A stretch of 64,000 nt of DNA, taken from NCBI GenBank assembly GCA_043228905.1, contig JBHGNT010000009.1:10168001-10232000 (forward strand), written 5' to 3'. Under the pieces are notes generated by a model. It ran no database searches. It saw only the letters and a list, made by a program, of their open reading frames with translations, and was not told the DNA's origin. Each line of letters starts with the position of its first letter. Positions within the stretch are counted from its first letter, which is position 1. The position numbers and the translations under genes were made by a program. The stretch comes from Azolla caroliniana (lineage: Eukaryota; Plantae; Polypodiophyta). Below, piece after piece: positions 46,820 through 61,424 of the stretch.

Positions 46820-49800
46820 TAGGGATCGGCAACGGTTCGGTTTAGGCTTAACCCATTTGGTCTTATCCAAACCAAACTGGTTAAGCCTAAACCATTTTCG
46901 GGTTCTCAAACCTGAACCAAACCAAACCGATCCCTAAACTGGTTTAGGTTAAATCGGCTTGGGAACATGCTTAGAAACCGGTTTGGAAACCTCCCTCCCT
47001 CCCTCCCTCTCTCTCACTCTCTCAATGTGTAGTCTCCCTCCCCTCGTCAGTGTAGTCTCTCCCTCTCCCTCTCCCTCTCTTCTCTGTGTAGTCTCCCTCC
47101 CTCCCTCCCTTGCTCTTTTTCTTTTTTTGGTAAAAGCACAATTATATTAATTGTATGTAAAATCCACTTAGTTACAACACTTCTTAGTATCCTCTACCTA
47201 TCATATAGGGAGAGGGACGTTCTAAAATTCTATTAAAAAACTTGAATATGCATTTGAGGAAATGATCCCCACATGCTCTAACATCCAAAAATTCCACATG
47301 AGAATACCTTTAAGCTTCTTTATATAGGCTTTCACCCCATGCCTATTATCAAACATGAAATCATTACGCATTTTCCAATTGTGTTGTAGACCCCAATAAC
47401 GTAAAATTTGGAACAATATCTCCATCTCATCATTTGATCCATTTTGAACATATTGAGAAAAAACCCAATGTTGAGGTCTCAAACAACAACGGGTTAAAAC
47501 TTGCCAAATGTCCGATAAGTACTTCCAAATGGTACACGCTATAGGACATTTAATGAACCTATGTGTACTATCCTCCAATGGAATGATGCAAAAGAAACAA
47601 GTGCCGGACCCTAATCCTCGTCTCTTTAAGGCCGAACCTAATGGGCACCCACTAATCATGACTCTCCATATGAATACCTTTGCATGAAATGGTAGACGGG
47701 AATGCCAACTATGTTGCAATATTTTCCACCACCTTACATCTGACTTACATACATTCCATAACTTCGCTGCTTTAGGAGATAGCCAAGATAATGATGCCAT
47801 CGCATGATGATACAATATATTTGTAGTGACTTGTGTAACAAGCGTGTACCATCTTGTAACCGCCAATCCACCCAAGGTGCAAAATTTGTTTTCAATGGCA
47901 AAGATCCTTGTAACAATGGTATATCTTGTAGTTTCTCCCAAATAAATCCATAATTTGGGGTAATACGTAACCATCACTTGGCATCTTCAAAATCCGACAA
48001 CATTTGACATTCATTATCAACCACATCTTCCAAATGTAAAACCCCTAATCGAAATAAATGATTGAATTGAGATCTCAACTTCTCTTTCCCATGCCAAAAC
48101 AACACTCGAGAAGAAACAAGCAATTCATTTTGTAATGAATTACAATATTTTCGATCACTTGATGGTCCCCATTCAAAAAGAGATAATGCATCTTGCCACG
48201 ATCTTACCAAATGTTGTCCACATATAGAATGTCGAATCTTTAGAGGAATACTTCCATTTAGTAGTGACCACCATGATGCTTGAATCTTTGTTTTCCCATG
48301 CACCAATCCTTCATGCTCAATAAAATATTGCATCGTAGATATCCATGCTTAATCTTGTTGACATATATCTCGTAATAATGCAAATCTACGAGCCATGAAA
48401 TGTCTTTCCAAATCCAATATTGCTACACCACCTAACCTTTTAAGAGTAGCCAAATGGTCCCATGAAATCCATGTAACTCCCATCATTTCTCCCTTTCGCC
48501 ACAACATGAATTGAATAGGTTGTAACATGTTTTGTAATGCCTTCTTAGTCCAAGGAAGTAAAGGCAAAAAATATAATAACATGGGTATCAAGATACATTA
48601 CACCACTTTGAGTCTTACATGAAAGGGCCATAATTGAGACTTCCAATACATAAATTTGTTCCTCAATTTAGTACCAATCCAGTCAATCAATTGAACATTT
48701 GTAACATTAATGCCCAATGGATAACCCAAATGTCGATAAATTGAACCTCGTGTAATCACTGACCCTCACCATCCCAAACATTCCAAATCACTCTCCGTAC
48801 AAGAAATAAGGCGAGACTTCCTCCAATTTATAAACAACCCTGAAGCCAAAGCAAATTGATCCCAAAATTGCATACTCCTTTTAAATATTTTCTTTTGAGG
48901 CTTGTAAAAACATAAAAGAATCATTTGCCAATGCTTGTGCCACCAATTGTCCACTAGAAGGAAGATGCACACCCAGAATATCACCACTGGTCGCAAGATT
49001 TGACAACATTACTAACAAAGGATATTTAACAATAGCAAATAACAATGGGCTTAGTGGACATCCTTGTTGCACGGATCTAGTAAGAAACAATTTCGGAGTG
49101 ACTCTACCATTAAGCATCACACGGGAGGTTGCATTTTCCCTAACAAAAAGATAAGTCGACACATACGAGAACCAAACCCCATATTATACATCACACCTGA
49201 GAGGAAAGACCAATTAACATGATCATATGCTTTTTCCAAATCTAATTGCACCATAACCATTTCTTGATGTGTATATTGAGCATAATTGATAGCCATTTGA
49301 ACATTCGAAACATTGTGCAATTATTTCTACTTGTAATAAAACCATATTGAGATGGATGAATAAGTTGAGGTAAGAACTTCTTAAGTTTGTTGGATAATAT
49401 CTTTGCAAATACTTTGTACAACCCTCCCATCAATGAAATATGCCTCCATTGATGAAATGACCTCGGAGATGGCACCTTTGGTATCAATTTGATTAAGCCC
49501 ACCTTCTAGCTCTCAGGCATGAAACCAGAATTCCAACCTTGTTGAAACATTTGTGTGAATGGACTCTTAAGCATGCTAGCATACTTCTTAAAAACTTCAT
49601 TTGTAACACCATCCCAACCAACGCTTTTACCATTTGGAAGGTGTAACAATACCTTTTCCACCTCAACTTCTTCAAAATGAGCATCCAATTCTTGACAAAT
49701 ATTTGTATTCACGACACTCCCAATTACATTATAAAACTCAGACTTGTCGTGCTTTCAAGACATCCTCATTAATAATCAACTCTGGCCTAATCAAATTCTT

Positions 49801-52604
49801 AAAATGAGTAATACATAACTCAATAACCTTGACTAGGTCTACAACAATGTCATCCCCTATCTTAATTTGTACCACATTTGAACGAGCATATGGTGGTCTT
49901 AATCCTTCAAAAAACATATGAGATTGTGATTATTATTTATAAATCCCTCTTTTAATTGACGTAGTCTTGTCTGTTGATAACTTTGACAAGACAAATTCTT
50001 CACAATTTGTCCTGTACTTGAACTGGAACATCCAAAAGCTCTTCATCATGTGGATTATTCATCAATAGTACATTGCATTGCGTAAGAATATATGAAAACT
50101 TATCAATCAATTTCTTACGTCTTTTAGCATTAGTCATACCATACATATGATGAATATCATTGATGTTTTGTAGTGTTGTATCCCATGCATGCCATCCTTT
50201 TGAAATAACTTGTTCTGAAAACATGCCAAAAATTTGTTGCATATAGGCATCAAATAAGGAATGTAATAATAAAGTAGAATTAAACCTCAAAAGAACTCGT
50301 TGAAGAAATGTTTTGTACATATCTACCCCATGTTTATTAAACTCAAAACATATGGGAAAATGATCCATGCATAATTGACATATTAAGCATCTCTGGCCAA
50401 AAGGACTCATCATGCATAACATACATTCTATCTAACCTACTCCATGTTTCCTTATATTGCATAGACTGAAATGTAAACCCAACCTCATCTTGATGCAACC
50501 ATTTCCATACATCCAACTTCAAAACCTCTGATGCCAATTTGTCCCAAACTGCTTGCTCAGGAGAATCCATCAATGAGAATTGTGAAGCATCAACACACAT
50601 ATTAAAATCACCCATTAATGAACCAACACGACCCAGTAATATTTGTGGATACATTGAAGACCATAACTCAATGCGTTGATGAAAACGAATTAGGAATAAT
50701 CATGACAACGCCTGAGTAATGATGTGATAACTGTCCTGCATAATATGCGGAATATCCACGCAAATGTAAGACAAATCTTGCTAAATCATGACACTTATGG
50801 TCAACTGCACATAAAACATCCCAATCTCTATCAAATAAAGTTTTCCATAATATATATTTCTTATAAGGAGAAGTTGCCTATCTCACATTCCATGATACCA
50901 CTTTCATTTAACACCTTTGGTAAGAACTTGCTCTTTATGAGCAAGTGTATTCATGAATGTACTAACTACTTGTTCAAGAGCTGCATAAGGATTTGTGTGT
51001 ACTACATCCCCTCCACCAATATTAGGGATTTGTTGTCTAGCTCCATGAGAATGAAGTCCTTGATTTAATTGAGGTCGTACCACCCTTCCTGAAGAATTGA
51101 ATTGTAATTGGTTGGACAAGCTCTGATTTCACACTTGTTTCTGCCAAGGAATTTTCTTAAACCCTCCTTTAATCTCAAATTATCTTTTGGTAATGCCGTA
51201 CCATTAATATTTTTTGATTCCCTTTGTATGACAACACCCTTCCCTTTTATCTTATGCCTCACTTGATGCCACTCTCCATCTTCAACATTTGGGCGATCAT
51301 TATTACATACTCCATTCTCCTCCCCAACACCTCTAACATGACCATGAACTTTAGGATCTCGCTCTAACCCATGAGATGTTCCCTCATCCATGACCATATC
51401 AACCATTGAGACAATATCCTTCTTAACATCTTCCTTATTTTTCCCTTTGAAATTATTTTTTGGGGATAGTTCACCATGATATTGGCATTCAACCATAAAA
51501 TGCCCCAATTTACCACATTTAAAACAATGTCTTGCAAAAGTTTCCCATTGAAGCTTAAAACGAAATCGACCAAATCTAGACGTAACGATACTCAACCATC
51601 CTGGAAGTTTACAACTTGTATCCCATAGCATGCAAAATCTATATTTGTTCAATGAATTAAATTGAGGAGCAACCAAAATTTTACCAATTTGAGACATCAA
51701 TCCTAGTAGTAAATCCCAAAAGAACGAGTTTCTACACTCAACGGTCACCCAAATTGGACATTGTTATTTTAATAAATCTTTATAATCCACCACTGGAACC
51801 CATTCCATCACATGCCCTACTCTTCTATCAAAAAACATTGGTACCTTTGCCATCAAAGCTGTACGGTGTTCTAACGATAAAAACACTACATCATAGAAAC
51901 CTCTTGGACCCACATACACATCCTCAACACAATTAGGCATTATGAGTGAATTCAACCACTGCTTAATCCATGATACCAAAGGAATTTTTCTAGTGAAATA
52001 CAAAATAATACCACGATCATAGAACCTGTCAAAAGTTACTAACATAGACTTGGTCTCCATCACCACCTCGACAACATCCTCCTCCACACAATCTTTGGCA
52101 TCTTTCTCATTTTTTCTATAAAATTAGAAAGCAAAGCCTTAACAAAATCACGACTGTCAATATCATAATCATCTCCAATAACATCATTCCCACCAAGAAT
52201 AACAATATATGATGTTTTCTCATGTTCTGTAGAATCAATACACTTTCGCCTCTTGTAATTTTCACAACTATCATCACTACCACATCCATCAACAATCATC
52301 AACTCACTTCCTGTTGTTGTGTCAACCATCCTAATAGAGATTGAGATAACTAACCTGAGACGATGGCAATTTTGCTTGTAGCTTCTTATAATGATAACGA
52401 AACGTAACGCCCAAATAATCCTTGGAAATCCCTTGAACGATCTTCACAAAGAGCTAAAAATAATAAAAAACAGAGTTTTGAGGACAAAGTTACATCAGAA
52501 ACATGTTTCAACACTATTCTTGGAACATCATCGCATCTCTCTCTCTCTCTCTCTCTCGTAAATAATGGCTTTCATTATGAAAGAAAAAACACCACCATAC
52601 CTCC

Positions 52605-52635
<31 letters not shown>

Positions 52636-52855
52636 CTCTCAAGTTTCTAACTAATTTCTAACTTTTGAAGTTTTTCTTTAACCTAACTAGTAAACCACAT
52701 AAACGGCTTAACCGGTTTGAGCTGGTTTGGCAAGGCTCAAGCCAAGCTGAACTGAGCTCAAACCATTTAATGAAGCTCAAGCCCGAGCCGCTAAGCCGTT
52801 TAAAACATATTTAACTCAACGATTTAGGCTTGAGCCGAGCCGTTTCCGATCCCTA
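46820..52855. mobile_element. Non-autonomous hAT-type DNA transposon (MITE-like) containing a LINE
   Basis: TIR TAGGGATCGGCAACGG / CCGTTTCCGATCCCTA, perfect 8-bp TSD ATTGTGAT (46812-46819 and 52856-52863), AAACC-type subterminal repeats. Confidence 0.9.
47115..52535 (-). mobile_element. Near-full-length L1-clade LINE, decayed
   Basis: ORF1 52329 to ~50904 (DUF4283-like region, CFKCGKLGHFMVEC); ORF2 ~50654-47222 (MGDFN, SRLDR, QGCPLSP, ANDS, zf-RVT CFFC..HRFIKC); A-rich tail near 47115-47128. Confidence 0.93.
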
Positions 52856-52863
52856 ATTGTGAT

Positions 52864-54573
52864 CAAATCTCACATGATGTGTTGTAATCATCATTGTGAA
52901 CAAAAGTCACAATATTAGGCGGTTACATTATTTATTCTCGTTTTCTTTATTTATGATATATTTGTTATTTCTAATGACGTCTAATATTTCTAATATTTAA
53001 TATTGTAACAACCCCCTTAATGTAAGTAACCTATTTGTTTGGTTTCTCTAAATTGCATCCTATCTTTGAACATATCCAATGCTTGTGTTGGGGTACGGCT
53101 TTAGTGAAGAAATCAGCCCTCATGGTTGTGGTTGAAGTGTATTGGAGTGACATTTCTTTTGCTTCGACCAAGTCTCTAGTAAAATAATGACATGCTCAAA
53201 TATCTTTGTTTTGATTTGTTAACTTTGGGTTTGTTACAAGTTTTATGGTTGATTGATTATCACAAAACACCTTCATTTCTTTTAGTTCGAAGATATCAAG
53301 CTTTTCAATGATTGTCTTTATCCAAAGGCCTTCTTTTGCAGTAAAGGTTGCAATGATGTACTCCTCTTCGATACTTGAAAGTGCAATGGAAGATTGTCTT
53401 AGTTTGCCAAGCAATCCACCATAAGGGGCATGTGCTTCATAAATTTGAATATACTCGGTGTTGTCAAAAGGGGCATGTGATTCATAATTTTGAATATACT
53501 CGGTGTCTTCATCTAAATCCACCATTATTGCTTCCGTAGGATCGGTTATCTCATAAATTTTGTTCAGGGATGTATATTTCTTTTTCTTAATAGGTGTAGG
53601 GCTTGTTATGTTTCAATTGGAGTGGTGTCACCTTGAGAGATATCTTTTTAAGAGGATCCTAAAGCTTGAATTAAATGGTGTGAAAATCATAAGGTTTGCT
53701 TTGTGGAATATGAAAAAGTGGAATTTGAAAAGGTAGATTTTGAAATTCTCGAAATTTCAAAAGTGGGAGAAAAACAGAATTTTCGGTTGGGGTTTGCCAA
53801 GAATTTGGTGGGAAATGAGAAGCTATAAGGGTGGTTGTCTATGCTTGGAGTCAGAGGATTGTTTCTTTCATTTCTCTTAGCTCTATCATGCCATTGTTGC
53901 CATTGTCATTGTTACGGCATGCCACCTCTATGTTGCCTTTTATTACTATTCTACCACCAACTTCTCTAGCATCACCATCTACTTCTCCATCATCGCACTT
54001 GCTATGCTTGTAAATGGGTGCTTAGTATTTCTATCTTCACTTACATTTGATAGATTCTTGATGATCGTGATTTTATGTACATCTTGGCTCTCCTCTTCTT
54101 CTTTAGACTCTTCCTATTGTAATGATTCGCTCATTTTGTTGACATGGTCCTTCCAATATTGGTGATTATTTACATAATGTATAATGGGAATATTTTGTAA
54201 ATTTGTAAGATATTTTGGGTATAATATTTGTTCATAAAAAATGACGGATCAACTATATAAAAATTTCTTATTTTGTGGGTTAAATAATTTACATCCCTTT
54301 GTGGGTTTCCACCCGAACCATAAGAAAAATGGTGTATTCAATACGAGTAACTTATGATGAGATCGATTTTGTAAATAACACGCCGTAGAGATGACCTCTT
54401 GCCAAAATCCATTGTGTAGCCTGACCACTTGAGGCATGCCATGGCTTGGATCTAGTAATGTCCTATTCTTTTGCTCCACAACACCATTTTGTTGTGGGTT
54501 GTATGAAGTTGTAAACTCATGTCTTATTCCTTATGTCTTACAAAATGTTCTCTATTCAGTTGAACAATATTTT
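52864..54573 (-). mobile_element. Heavily deleted Ty1/copia remnant (INT, RH, PPT, start of 3' LTR)
   Basis: NPQQNGVVEQKNRTL, SIALSSIEEEY, CDNQS; PPT AAGGGGG followed by TGTTACAA at 53010. Confidence 0.8.
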
Positions 54574-55122
54574 TGTTACCGGCTTAGAGTAACATGGTGT
54601 CAGATACTCGTTCTCTTGGTTTCCAACTCAAGGTCTTGTGGTAGGGAGACGAGATGTGGACATGTACAGAGAAATATGTATTCTATGAATAGGGTTGTGG
54701 TGACTGTGGAGATTGGGAGTCGAACCGGCTACAACCGACTGGTGGTGTGCAACACATAGAAACAAACTACAACAACTCAACACAGATTAAAACTCTTGAC
54801 ACAGGAACAGAGTATAAGCAATACATATATTCTACTAAGAGACGTGAACTTAATACACTAATACAACCGATTAGTTTTTACATCTTTCCATGTCCCTTTT
54901 TATAGGGAACATGCGCGGTTACGTTTAGACGTGAACCGCTACTACTTCCATTGATTATGTTTGCAAATGTTTCTTCTTTATGTTTGGCCCCACTTGTCTT
55001 CGACCCGACTCGTAACCATCCTTGGCTTTTTATTCCTGGGCCGTCCTGACCGGCCAACATCTGGCACGCTTGTGGGACAGTGCTCAACATGGTCAAACCC
55101 ATCTACCGGCTAGGTGTCATCA
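54574..55122 (-). mobile_element. Probable solo or partial LTR
   Basis: TG...CA termini, minus-strand TATAAAAG near 54900; no matching TSD. Confidence 0.45.
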
Positions 55123-55126
55123 AAGA

Positions 55127-58086
55127 TGTGCAAAATGTTCGGCTCTAGCTGAGCCGATTCGCGGATGCCAGTGATTTTGTTGCCACCCTAAAACAAAGGG
55201 AAAAACCATGGGCAACAGATCTGCACTATACAATAGAGATACAAGAGGAAAAAACAGATTACAAGAACTCTGTAATATCAGAGTATTCCCCACTTAGGGT
55301 TTTACAAGAGTATCATTCACTCTCACACACTCTCTCTCGTCTCTACCTATACTTTGTTGCACTCGACTATTTAACATAGTTCTACTAATTCATCAGTATA
55401 GAGTTTTCCCTCACTCCACATATTTATAGATGGGAATAAGTTATTATTAGATAATAATAATAGCCATTAATCAGCCGACTGGTCGAATCGACTGTCTGAC
55501 CCACAAGTCGGACAGTCTAGTCGATTCGACTAGCCAACTCTTGTGTCCGCTATCCAGTCGGTTCGATCGACAGACTTTGTTATCGACCATCCGATGAGCC
55601 CGACTAGTCTTGTCTTCGATCATTAGGTCGGCCCGACTAGTCGGCCTAGTCTTTCTCTTGGATAATCCATCCAATACAGCCGACCATCAACTCATCTCTT
55701 TCTGTGGTCAACCCTCAACTCATCTAGTTGATCTGGCCGACTGACCATATTTCGATTATTGATTCTCCTAATCGATAGGCGACTTCTCCCATTAGGAGGG
55801 ACAAAATCCTAACAAACTCCCCCCTTCACTCCTAAAGGGAGAGTCAGCCAATCCTGTCTTCTGTCGACAAACTTTGAGTCTATCCATAGGTAGGAATTTT
55901 GTGAGCATGTCAGATCCATTATCATCGATATGGATCTCTACAAGGATAAACTCCTCTTCATCCACTTTCGCTTGTAACCAGTGAGACCTTCTCTATATAT
56001 GCTTTGTCCGAGAATGGTAAGCAACATTATTGGCTAGATGTATGACATTCTGATTATCACAATGAAGTAAGAATTTTTCTTGCTTCATTCCTAGTTCATT
56101 GAGAAAATTCTTCATCCAAATAAGTTCCTTTCCAGTCTCTATTGCAACCATATATTCTGCCTTTGCGGTTGACAAAGCCACAACCTTATGTAATCTCGAC
56201 TGCTATGACACTACTCCCCCTGCATAGGTCATCACATAACCTAAAGTGGATCGACTAGAGTCTACGTCCCCCGACATGTATGAATCGGTAAAACCTTCGA
56301 GCATAGGTTTTCTGAAACCATACGTAAGGCATACCCTTGAGGTGCCTTTCAAGTACATGAGTATCCATTTCACAATTGCCCAATGTTCTTTTCCTGGATT
56401 ACTCATGTATCGCCTCACTGTTCCGGCTGCAAATGTTGTGTTTGGTCTCATATAGACCATAACATACATCATACTGTCGATGGCCGAGGCATATGGTATT
56501 TTCCTCATCTCGGCCTTGTCCTTCTCACTTTTTGGACATTGCCTAGCATTCAATTTGCAATTTGTTGGCAATGCGGCCCCAATTGGTTTTGCCTTAGAAA
56601 TGTTAAATCATTCAAAGATCTTCTTCACATACTTCTCTTGTGACAACCGCAACATATTCTTAGTTCTGTCCCAAAGTATGTGCATCCCCAATATTTGCTT
56701 TGCCGGTCCAAGATCTTTCATGGCAAACGACTTGCCTAGAGCTCTCTTCAAGCTCGCAATCTTCTTGGTGTCTTGACCGACCACTAACATGTCATCCACA
56801 TATAGCTAGAGAATCAAGAAGTTGCCTTCATTGTACATTTTGATGAACACACAATGATCAACTTGTGTTTTATGGAACCCATGTTCCAACATGAAGGATT
56901 CGAACTTCTTGTACCATTGGCATGGAGGTTGTTTCAGACCATACAAGCTTTTCCTCAGTCGACATACCAAATTCTCTTTCCCTTTCTCCACAAAACCTTT
57001 GGGCTGCCACATATAGATCTCTTTGTCTAATTCCCCATGCAAGAATGCTATTTTGACAGCCAATTGCTCTATTTCTAGGTTCATATTGGTAGCAATACTT
57101 AACATTGTTCGAATGGATGCCATCTTTACAATTGGTGCAAATATTTCATCAAAGTCGACCCGCTTTTTCTACTGAAATCCCTTTACTACAATTTGGCCCT
57201 TGTATTTGGGTGTGCTGCCATCTTCCCCAGTTTTCAGCTTGAAGACCAATTTGTTCCTTAGGGTTCTCTTACCTTTCGGTAGCTCAACCAAGTCATAAGT
57301 GTAATTTTCATGCAAGGAGTTCATTTCATCGTGCATTGCATTCTGCCATCTCTCCTTGTGCTCATCTGCCATGGCTTCTTGGTAACATTCTGGCTCATCT
57401 TCATGAGTCAATAACACATAATGACTAGAGTATTGAGAGGATGCTCTCCTTTTTCTGAGTGGCTATCTTCCACCTCCCATGGTTGGCTTAGGTTCAGATG
57501 TATCTGCTAACTCTTAACTCGACTCTGGTTCGTACATGTCAACTAGTTTCTGAAGGTCGACCGACTCTAAATCGTATGCCTCAATCGATCTCTGACTCAT
57601 ATGTATTATTCGGTTGCCCCGAGTCCACTAATTCAAATTCGACTATGTCGACTATGTAGAGTCGACTAGTCCCGAGTCCATAGTAGTGGGAGTTGGTTTG
57701 GAAGATGACCCCAATTGTTGTTGTTTCCAATATTCGATTGTCTTGTCTTCCATAAATACTATGTCTCAACTCCTCACCACTTTCTTGTCAAGTATATTCC
57801 ATAGCATGTAGCCGTATTCATCCTTTGAGTACCCTAGAAATATGCATGGCTTCGACTTGCTGTCGAGCTTTGACCTTTGATCCTTTGCAACATGCATATA
57901 CGATAGGGATCCAAACACCTTCAAGTGTTGATAGGAGACATCTTTACCTGTCCATACCTGTTGTGGGACATCACCTTTCAGGGGCACTAGGGAGACCTAT
58001 TGATAAAATAGACAACAATTAGCATAGCTTCAACCCAATACGACTTTGGAAGCTTTGCATGTTACAACATGCTCCTCACTCTCTCC
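55127..58086 (-). mobile_element. Tnt1-like Ty1/copia 3' half (INT-RT-RH-PPT-LTR)
   Basis: KLDSKSKPCIFLGY, SLYGLKQ, YVDDML, ALSTAKAEY, HSRTKHI; PPT GAAGGGGGAG near 55817-55826, then TGTTAGG. Confidence 0.88.
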
Positions 58087-59050
58087 TATTAGGAATATGT
58101 CCCTCCTCTAGGAGGAGCCGATTGTTTGGCTGCATAAGAGCCGATAATCGAAGACAAGTAGTAGTCGATTGGTCGGGCTGAGAGGCGACAATCGATGACA
58201 TGAAGAGTCAACTTTGAGAGAGTCGATAGTGGGGTTAGTCGAAGTCGAGGACACGACCGACTAGTCGACATAAAAGTCGGCTGATCAATTGCTATTATTA
58301 GTATAATAATAGGAATGAAAGTAGTAGAGGCTACATTTGTAAATAGCCCATTCTGTATATAAGTATAAATACACTTCGGGCAATACTTTAGTTACTGAGA
58401 GTAGTAAAGAGTAGAACAGAAAGTGGAGAACATAGTGAGAGGAAGAGTGAGAGGAAGCGACACCATAGCTAAGTGAGCTCAGATGCCAAGAGCACTGCGC
58501 AACTGATACAGTCTGTACAGAGAGTGTTGTACTCTTGTATTTCCTATTGTATAGTGGAAGATCCGTTCTCTTGTGGTTTTCCTCGTTTAGGGTTTCTACG
58601 TAAATCCATGTGCATATGTATCTTGTTTGTTTTCTGTTTCCATGTTATTGTACAGATTAGAATCAGTCTTTCTCACAGATCCGAGCCTAAAACCCCATAA
58701 AACCGGTATCAGAGCAACAGGTGAAAGATGGAAGGAGGTGTGAGTGGCTTCCCAGGAATGATGGTCCCGAACTCTCAAAATTATGCAGAATGGAAGATCA
58801 AGATGGAAGATTTCTTGATAGTAAGAGACCTGTACGAGCCCATCGACAGAGAGCAAATACCCACGAGGCTATTAGAGTCTGCATGGAAACTCCTCAATAG
58901 GAAGGCGGTGGCCATCATCAGACAATGTGTCGATATGAGTGTCCTTCAACACGTTGCTAATGACACAAATGCCTATGAGTTGTGGCAGAAGCTGTTAGGT
59001 CAGTATGAGAGGAAAAATGCCCTCAACAAAACATCTTTGATGAGAAAACC

Positions 59051-59877
59051 TAGTTTTTATGAAAGGGATAATGTGAATATGGCCATTAGACACTCGTATT
59101 CGACACTCTTGACACAAGACATCACTTCTTTATCTATTGCCAAATCCCACCCATTTAAATTGTTTTGATTATATATTTCTCCAATGTTTCCACAACTTTC
59201 TCCTTTGAATTTTAAGGGCTAGTGCAACTTTTGTATCCCTTTATCTTTTTAACATCCCATAATTTTACAACCATGTGAAGTGTTTCTATCTTTGCAATAA
59301 GGTTATTTACACTCTCTACCCCTTTCACTAAGTCTAAGGATGACTCCATGAACTCTTGAGTCCCTAAACCTTATATTCTTTGTGTGTTCATTTAAATTTT
59401 GACGGTATAACACTCTAGAAATAATATCTCTATGATCTTCCTTGCTAAATCTCTTTATAACCTCAAATAAGTAACAAACTATATGAAGAACGACACGTTG
59501 CTTACTCCTTTCAAACATTGGTCTAATAATTTGGTCCATCAATACTAAAGACACCTCAATCTCATTTATTACCACCATTCTCAATATATATATATATATT
59601 ACTAACAATGGATACTTAAGATAGTAATAAGTAATGAAGGTTATAGTAAGAAATAGTGGACGTATTAAACCAAATGGAACCTACGAGCGTAAGAAATCAA
59701 TAAATAAGAATGTATCGAACAAAGAAACCATGATTTCATATATGAGAACAATGAACTGGAAGAAGAAAGATGAACATGAGAATATAAACATGCAACATTC
59801 TTAGAAGAATATCTTTCTTAAAGCCAACGAGAACCCATGCTTGAAGAATCACATTCAAATTTTCAATATGAAAAACA
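59051..59877. mobile_element. Unclassified AT-rich insertion in copia gag, possibly a non-autonomous DNA transposon
   Basis: Flanked by AGAAAACC on both sides; weak TAGTTTTT/AAAAAC termini. Confidence 0.5.
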
Positions 59878-60394
59878 AGAAAACCATAAAGTACAGGGAT
59901 GGAGAAAGCATAGTGGAGCACATCAACACATTCATGGGGTATGTGAACCAACTTGCGGCATCCAAGTTTCCCCTCGATGATGCAATGCAAGCCATACTAC
60001 TACTATGTACACTACTGGATAGTTGGGAGAACCTGGTGGTGACTCTCAGCACCTCATGTCAAGAAGAGAACTTGTCTCTACAAGTGGTAAAGACAAGTAT
60101 CTTTAACGAGTAGATGACAAGGAAGGACAAGGGTGTCTTGTTCCAGTTGGAGTTAAACTTGACTTAACAGACCGACCAAGGAAGGAACCGGCAAAGAAGA
60201 CCCCCGAGTTGAATGGGCTTGTTGTTAGAGTTATGATCTAATGTAAGCATATGATAAGGATATAAGATATAAGAAATAAGAAATGTGAGAGAGAAACTTG
60301 ACTTAACAGACCGACCAAGGAAGCATGTTAGCTAGGTCCAAGGTATTCGAATCAAATACATAGTTCCGAAGACCCCCGAGTTGAATGGGCTTGT

Positions 60395-60847
60395 TGTTAG
60401 AGTTATGATCTAATGTAAGCATATGATAAGGATATAAGATATAAGAAATAAGAAATGTGAGAGAGAAAGAAGGGTGTCGATCCACTCGACCACCCCCAAG
60501 CAGAGAGATCGAGACAGACTCAAGCCTCGATCGGCATCCCATACCACCGTTATGGCGTCGAGTCGTACCTGGTGCTGGCGCGCTCGCTACAAGAGTTGAG
60601 CCACCACGAAATAGAGCCCCGACGTAGTCAAGAGATGATGAAATGAGGGTAGCTAGGCCTCATATTTATTGCGAGACCCAAGGCCCCTAGGCAAGTTCAC
60701 ACTTGGCCTAATGGGTTGTCTCAATCCCGAGGATTAAATGTAATCCTCCCTTCTTTACACTCTCGTTTAACCCTCACACTTATCCACGTGTATAGAATAC
60801 TACGGTAAATTCTCACCACGGGATATTATATGGTCATGCTCGTAACA
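60395..60847. mobile_element. Solo LTR (453 bp)
   Basis: TGTTA...TAACA with perfect 5-bp TSD CTTGT, interrupting integrase NGLV|ERM. Confidence 0.88.
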
Positions 60848-61424
60848 CTTGTAGAGAGGATGAATCGAACGATAATGGAAAGGGAGCATGTTGTTGCATG
60901 CTAAGGTTTCGGAATTGTTCTGGGCTGAGGCGATGTATATAACTATGTATCAGATCAATAGGTCTCCTTTAGTGCCATTGAATGGTGATGTCCCACAGAG
61001 GGCGTGGACAGAAAAGGATGTCTCCTACTGACACCTGAGGGTGTTCTGATGTCTGGTATATATGTATGTGGCTAAGGATCAGACGTCGAAGCTCAACAGT
61101 AAATCGAAACCATGTATATTCCTCGGGTACTTGGAGGATGAGTTCAGCTCCAAGCTACGAGACTTAGTGGATAGGAAGGTAGTGAGGAGTTGCGACATAG
61201 TCTTCATTGAAGACAAGATGATCAAGGATTGGAAACAATAGAAGTTAGAATCGACTTCCTAGTCGACAGCCACTACCGCCGACACAAGACAAATCGAACC
61301 GACACAGTCAGCCGTTCGAAGACAGCCAGTTGGCACAGCCGAATCTGAGTTGGTCGACTCAGAGCAACCGATCAATATATATGAGTTGAAGTTGGCAGAC
61401 CTATTGAAGTCGACCGGTGTCTCC

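Larger units (their letters stand above)
58087..61410 (+). mobile_element. Tnt1-like Ty1/copia 5' part (LTR, Met PBS, gag, deleted PR, INT) with two nested inserts
   Basis: LTR ~58087-58701, CGGTATCAGAGC at 58704, gag NYAEWKIKMEDFL, LLCTLLDSWENL, INT PKTPELNGLV|ERMNRT. Confidence 0.85.

Noticed and set aside
59049-59060. CTAG as a Helitron 3' end
   Set aside because: No subterminal hairpin or A|T target found, and a direct-repeat flank is present
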